Assembly (NCBI GenBank): GCA_963745015.1
Contig: CAVUVU010000004.1
Span: 125,131-189,130, forward strand
DNA from: an uncultured Candidatus Rokubacteria bacterium
Lineage (GTDB): Bacteria > Methylomirabilota > Methylomirabilia > Rokubacteriales > DASRDR01
Direction: 5' to 3'
DNA length: 64,000 nucleotides
The translations under genes were made by a program, and so were the position numbers. Below are positions 62,411-64,000 of this stretch, one piece after another. Below the pieces are notes generated by a model. The model was given only the letters and a program-made list of their open reading frames with translations. It did no database searches and was not told the DNA's origin. Numbering within the stretch: position 1 is the stretch's first letter; every line of letters starts with the position of its first letter.

Positions 62411-62755
62411 TCAGGACGCCGCGGTCAGTCGTGAGGATTCCGGGACCAGCACCTCGACGCGCAACGTGAACTTTCGGGCCTCGCCGGCCCGGAGGGCGCC
62501 CACCCCCACCACCCGCCGCGCGACCATCTCATCGCGCTCGTCGTGAACCTCGATGAGCACCGAGTACTCCCAGGATGCCTCGCCGCCTGGATGCCGGATC
62601 GTGCCGTCCACCGTCAGCGGACTCACCGAAGAACGCGCCGGCCGCGCCACCGCGACGGCGTCGAACCGCAGGTGCCGCAAGCAGGCGGGGCACGTGGGTG
62701 CGCTCCGGAGGATGCGTTCCCCGCAGTGCGGACAGTTCCACGCCTCGCCGGTCAT
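62411..62755 (-). CDS. Zinc-ribbon domain protein
   Basis: 114 aa; N-terminal C-x2-C-x13-C-x2-C (CPHCGERILRSAPTCPAC). 9 nt downstream of the bactofilin gene on the same strand. Confidence 0.45.
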   Translation of the reverse strand: MTGEAWNCPHCGERILRSAPTCPACLRHLRFDAVAVARPARSSVSPLTVDGTIRHPGGEASWEYSVLIEVHDERDEMVARRVVGVGALRAGEARKFTLRVEVLVPESSRLTAAS

Positions 62756-62764
62756 CGGCGAGAC

Positions 62765-63322
62765 CTAGTGCGCGGACGTCTTCGGCTCGGGCGGGTGGAG
62801 GGCTTCGACCTCCCCTTCCTTCCAGCCGAACTCGACTTTGCCGCGCATCTTCGATCCGGCCGCCACCGTCAGGCTCCCGGCCTTGAGGTCGCCGATCAGC
62901 GTGCCGGACTCCTTGAACTCCACCCGCGAGTTCGCGATGAGGTGGCCGCGCACCTCGCCGCCGACCAGCACGGTGTCGGCCTTGACCTCGCCGTCGATGG
63001 ATGCACCGGGCTCGATCGTCAGCTCGCCCTTGACGTTGACGGTCCCCTTGAAGCGGCCGGCGACGCGGATGTTGCCGTTGCCCTCGATCTTCCCCTCGAT
63101 CGTCAGGCCCGCGGAGAGGATCGACTCGGAACCCTTGGGCGTGGGGGTGGTCATCGACATCGGCGCCTCCTCTACGCGTCGCGTGGTCGCCGTCACGGCG
63201 GGAGCCGGCGGGATGACCGGCGCCGGCGGCGGCGGCTCGACTCTGGTCTCGGGTTTCGGAAAGGGCTCGGACTTCGGAGCCGGTTCGTCCTTGCGGGACT
63301 GCTGTCCGAACAGTGCCATGTG
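62765..63322 (-). CDS. Bactofilin (DUF583) cytoskeletal protein
   Basis: AAGGAGG SD 7 nt before the ATG (MALFGQQ...). Pro-rich N-terminal tail, then the bactofilin beta-helix repeat region (IEGKIEGNGNIRVAGRFKGTVNVKGELTIEPGASIDGEVKAD...). Confidence 0.8.
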   Translation of the reverse strand, partial: HMALFGQQSRKDEPAPKSEPFPKPETRVEPPPPAPVIPPAPAVTATTRRVEEAPMSMTTPTPKGSESILSAGLTIEGKIEGNGNIRVAGRFKGTVNVKGELTIEPGASIDGEVKADTVLVGGEVRGHLIANSRVEFKESGTLIGDLKAGSLTVAAGSKMRGKVEFGWKEGEVEALHPPEPKTSAH

Positions 63323-63481
63323 TCGCGCCTCCTTGGGGCTGGGCGCCGGGGCTGCCCGATCACCTCGCGCCGATGCCGACACGAGCGCTTCCGGCCCGTG
63401 CATGCGACGGTCACAGGGTTCTCCCTACTAGAGCCCGGGGCTCGAAGGCTGTCAAGCCTTACGAACGAGGGGACGGCGCCG

Positions 63482-64000
63482 CTACGCCAGAAGGACGCGG
63501 GCCGCGCGCGCGATGGCGTCGGGGTCGATGCCGTAGTGACGGTACAGATCGGCGCGGGCGCCGGACTGACCGAAGGCGTCGACGCCCAGCGGCACGTGCG
63601 GCACGCCCAGGACGGTCCCGAGCCACGCGAGCGCGTGGGAGTGGCCGTCCAGGACGCTCACCACGGGCACCTCGCCCTCGAGATCCTCGGCGGGGAACAG
63701 CTCCCGGACCCACATCGGGGCGGGCCCCTGCCCCTGGACCACGGCGTCCACCTGGCGTCGCCACTCGGCGTAGCACGCGCGCGGGCTCGTCAGGGCCACG
63801 ACGTTGGCGTGGATCCCGTCGGCCGCGAGCTGGCGGCTCGCCTCGACGGCCTCGGGCACCATGACGCCGGCCGCGACCAGCGTCACGACGTTCGCGCCGG
63901 GCTCGTACCCGGGCTCCGCCGAGCGGTCCACCAGGCGATACCCGCCCCTCAGCACCTGGGCGCGCAGCGCCTCCTCGCCCACCCGGTCGAGGGCCGGCTG
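63482..64000 (-). CDS. 2-oxoacid dehydrogenase E1 component, C-terminal fragment (pyruvate dehydrogenase AceE-type / transketolase-like C domain); continues beyond window
   Basis: C-terminal ...LGVDAFGQSGARADLYRHYGIDPDAIARAA* resembles homodimeric E1p C-termini. Frame is open to the window end. Confidence 0.55.
   Translation of the reverse strand, partial: QPALDRVGEEALRAQVLRGGYRLVDRSAEPGYEPGANVVTLVAAGVMVPEAVEASRQLAADGIHANVVALTSPRACYAEWRRQVDAVVQGQGPAPMWVRELFPAEDLEGEVPVVSVLDGHSHALAWLGTVLGVPHVPLGVDAFGQSGARADLYRHYGIDPDAIARAARVLLA

Noticed and set aside
1-64000. CRISPR arrays, IS elements, rRNA genes
   Set aside because: No regularly spaced direct repeats, no transposase-like ORFs and no rRNA-like sequence were found by reading both strands.

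Overview
This is a very high-GC bacterial chromosomal segment, almost certainly from a diderm: it encodes a TonB-dependent outer-membrane receptor (TBDR). It reads as ordinary core/accessory chromosome rather than a mobile island; I found no transposases, integrases or CRISPR arrays, and one tRNA-Lys. Gene content from left to right: a partial amidase; a repeat-containing membrane protein; an NTF2-like protein; tRNA-Lys(TTT); an EamA transporter; a bicupin; the hisZ-purA pair; a LacI-controlled carbohydrate locus comprising two GH31 alpha-glycosidases, a CUT1-type ABC importer, an orphan family-5 solute-binding protein (SBP), a short-chain dehydrogenase (SDR), aldose 1-epimerase, an SMP-30 lactonase, a GH127 beta-L-arabinofuranosidase and an LLM oxidoreductase; a TBDR; an ABC-F ATPase; the mtnA/AGXT/yggU/divIVA/yggT/proC/yggS block; a nickel/cobalt efflux pump (RcnA-like); an apparently inserted set of secreted enzymes (Vgb-like beta-propeller, BNR-propeller, MBL hydrolase, lipoprotein); a complete dcw division/cell-wall cluster (mraZ-rsmH-ftsL-ftsI-murE-murF-mraY-murD-ftsW-murC-murB-ftsQ-ftsA-ftsZ) followed by pgeF; a DppABC-like importer lacking its ATPases; a bactofilin plus zinc-ribbon pair; and the 3' end of an E1 dehydrogenase component. 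Throughout the window most longer genes are broken by one or more apparent frameshifts, about one per kb. These hit essential genes (murD, murE, murF, ftsI, ftsQ), so they are most likely assembly or base-calling indels rather than pseudogenisation. Coordinates of frameshifted genes therefore span the reconstructed full gene. The most notable regulatory observation is a 12-bp perfect palindrome, GTGACCGGTCAC, present three times: upstream of lacI, of the sugar ABC operon and of GH31 #1. I did not identify a clearly novel self-contained system such as a defence island.
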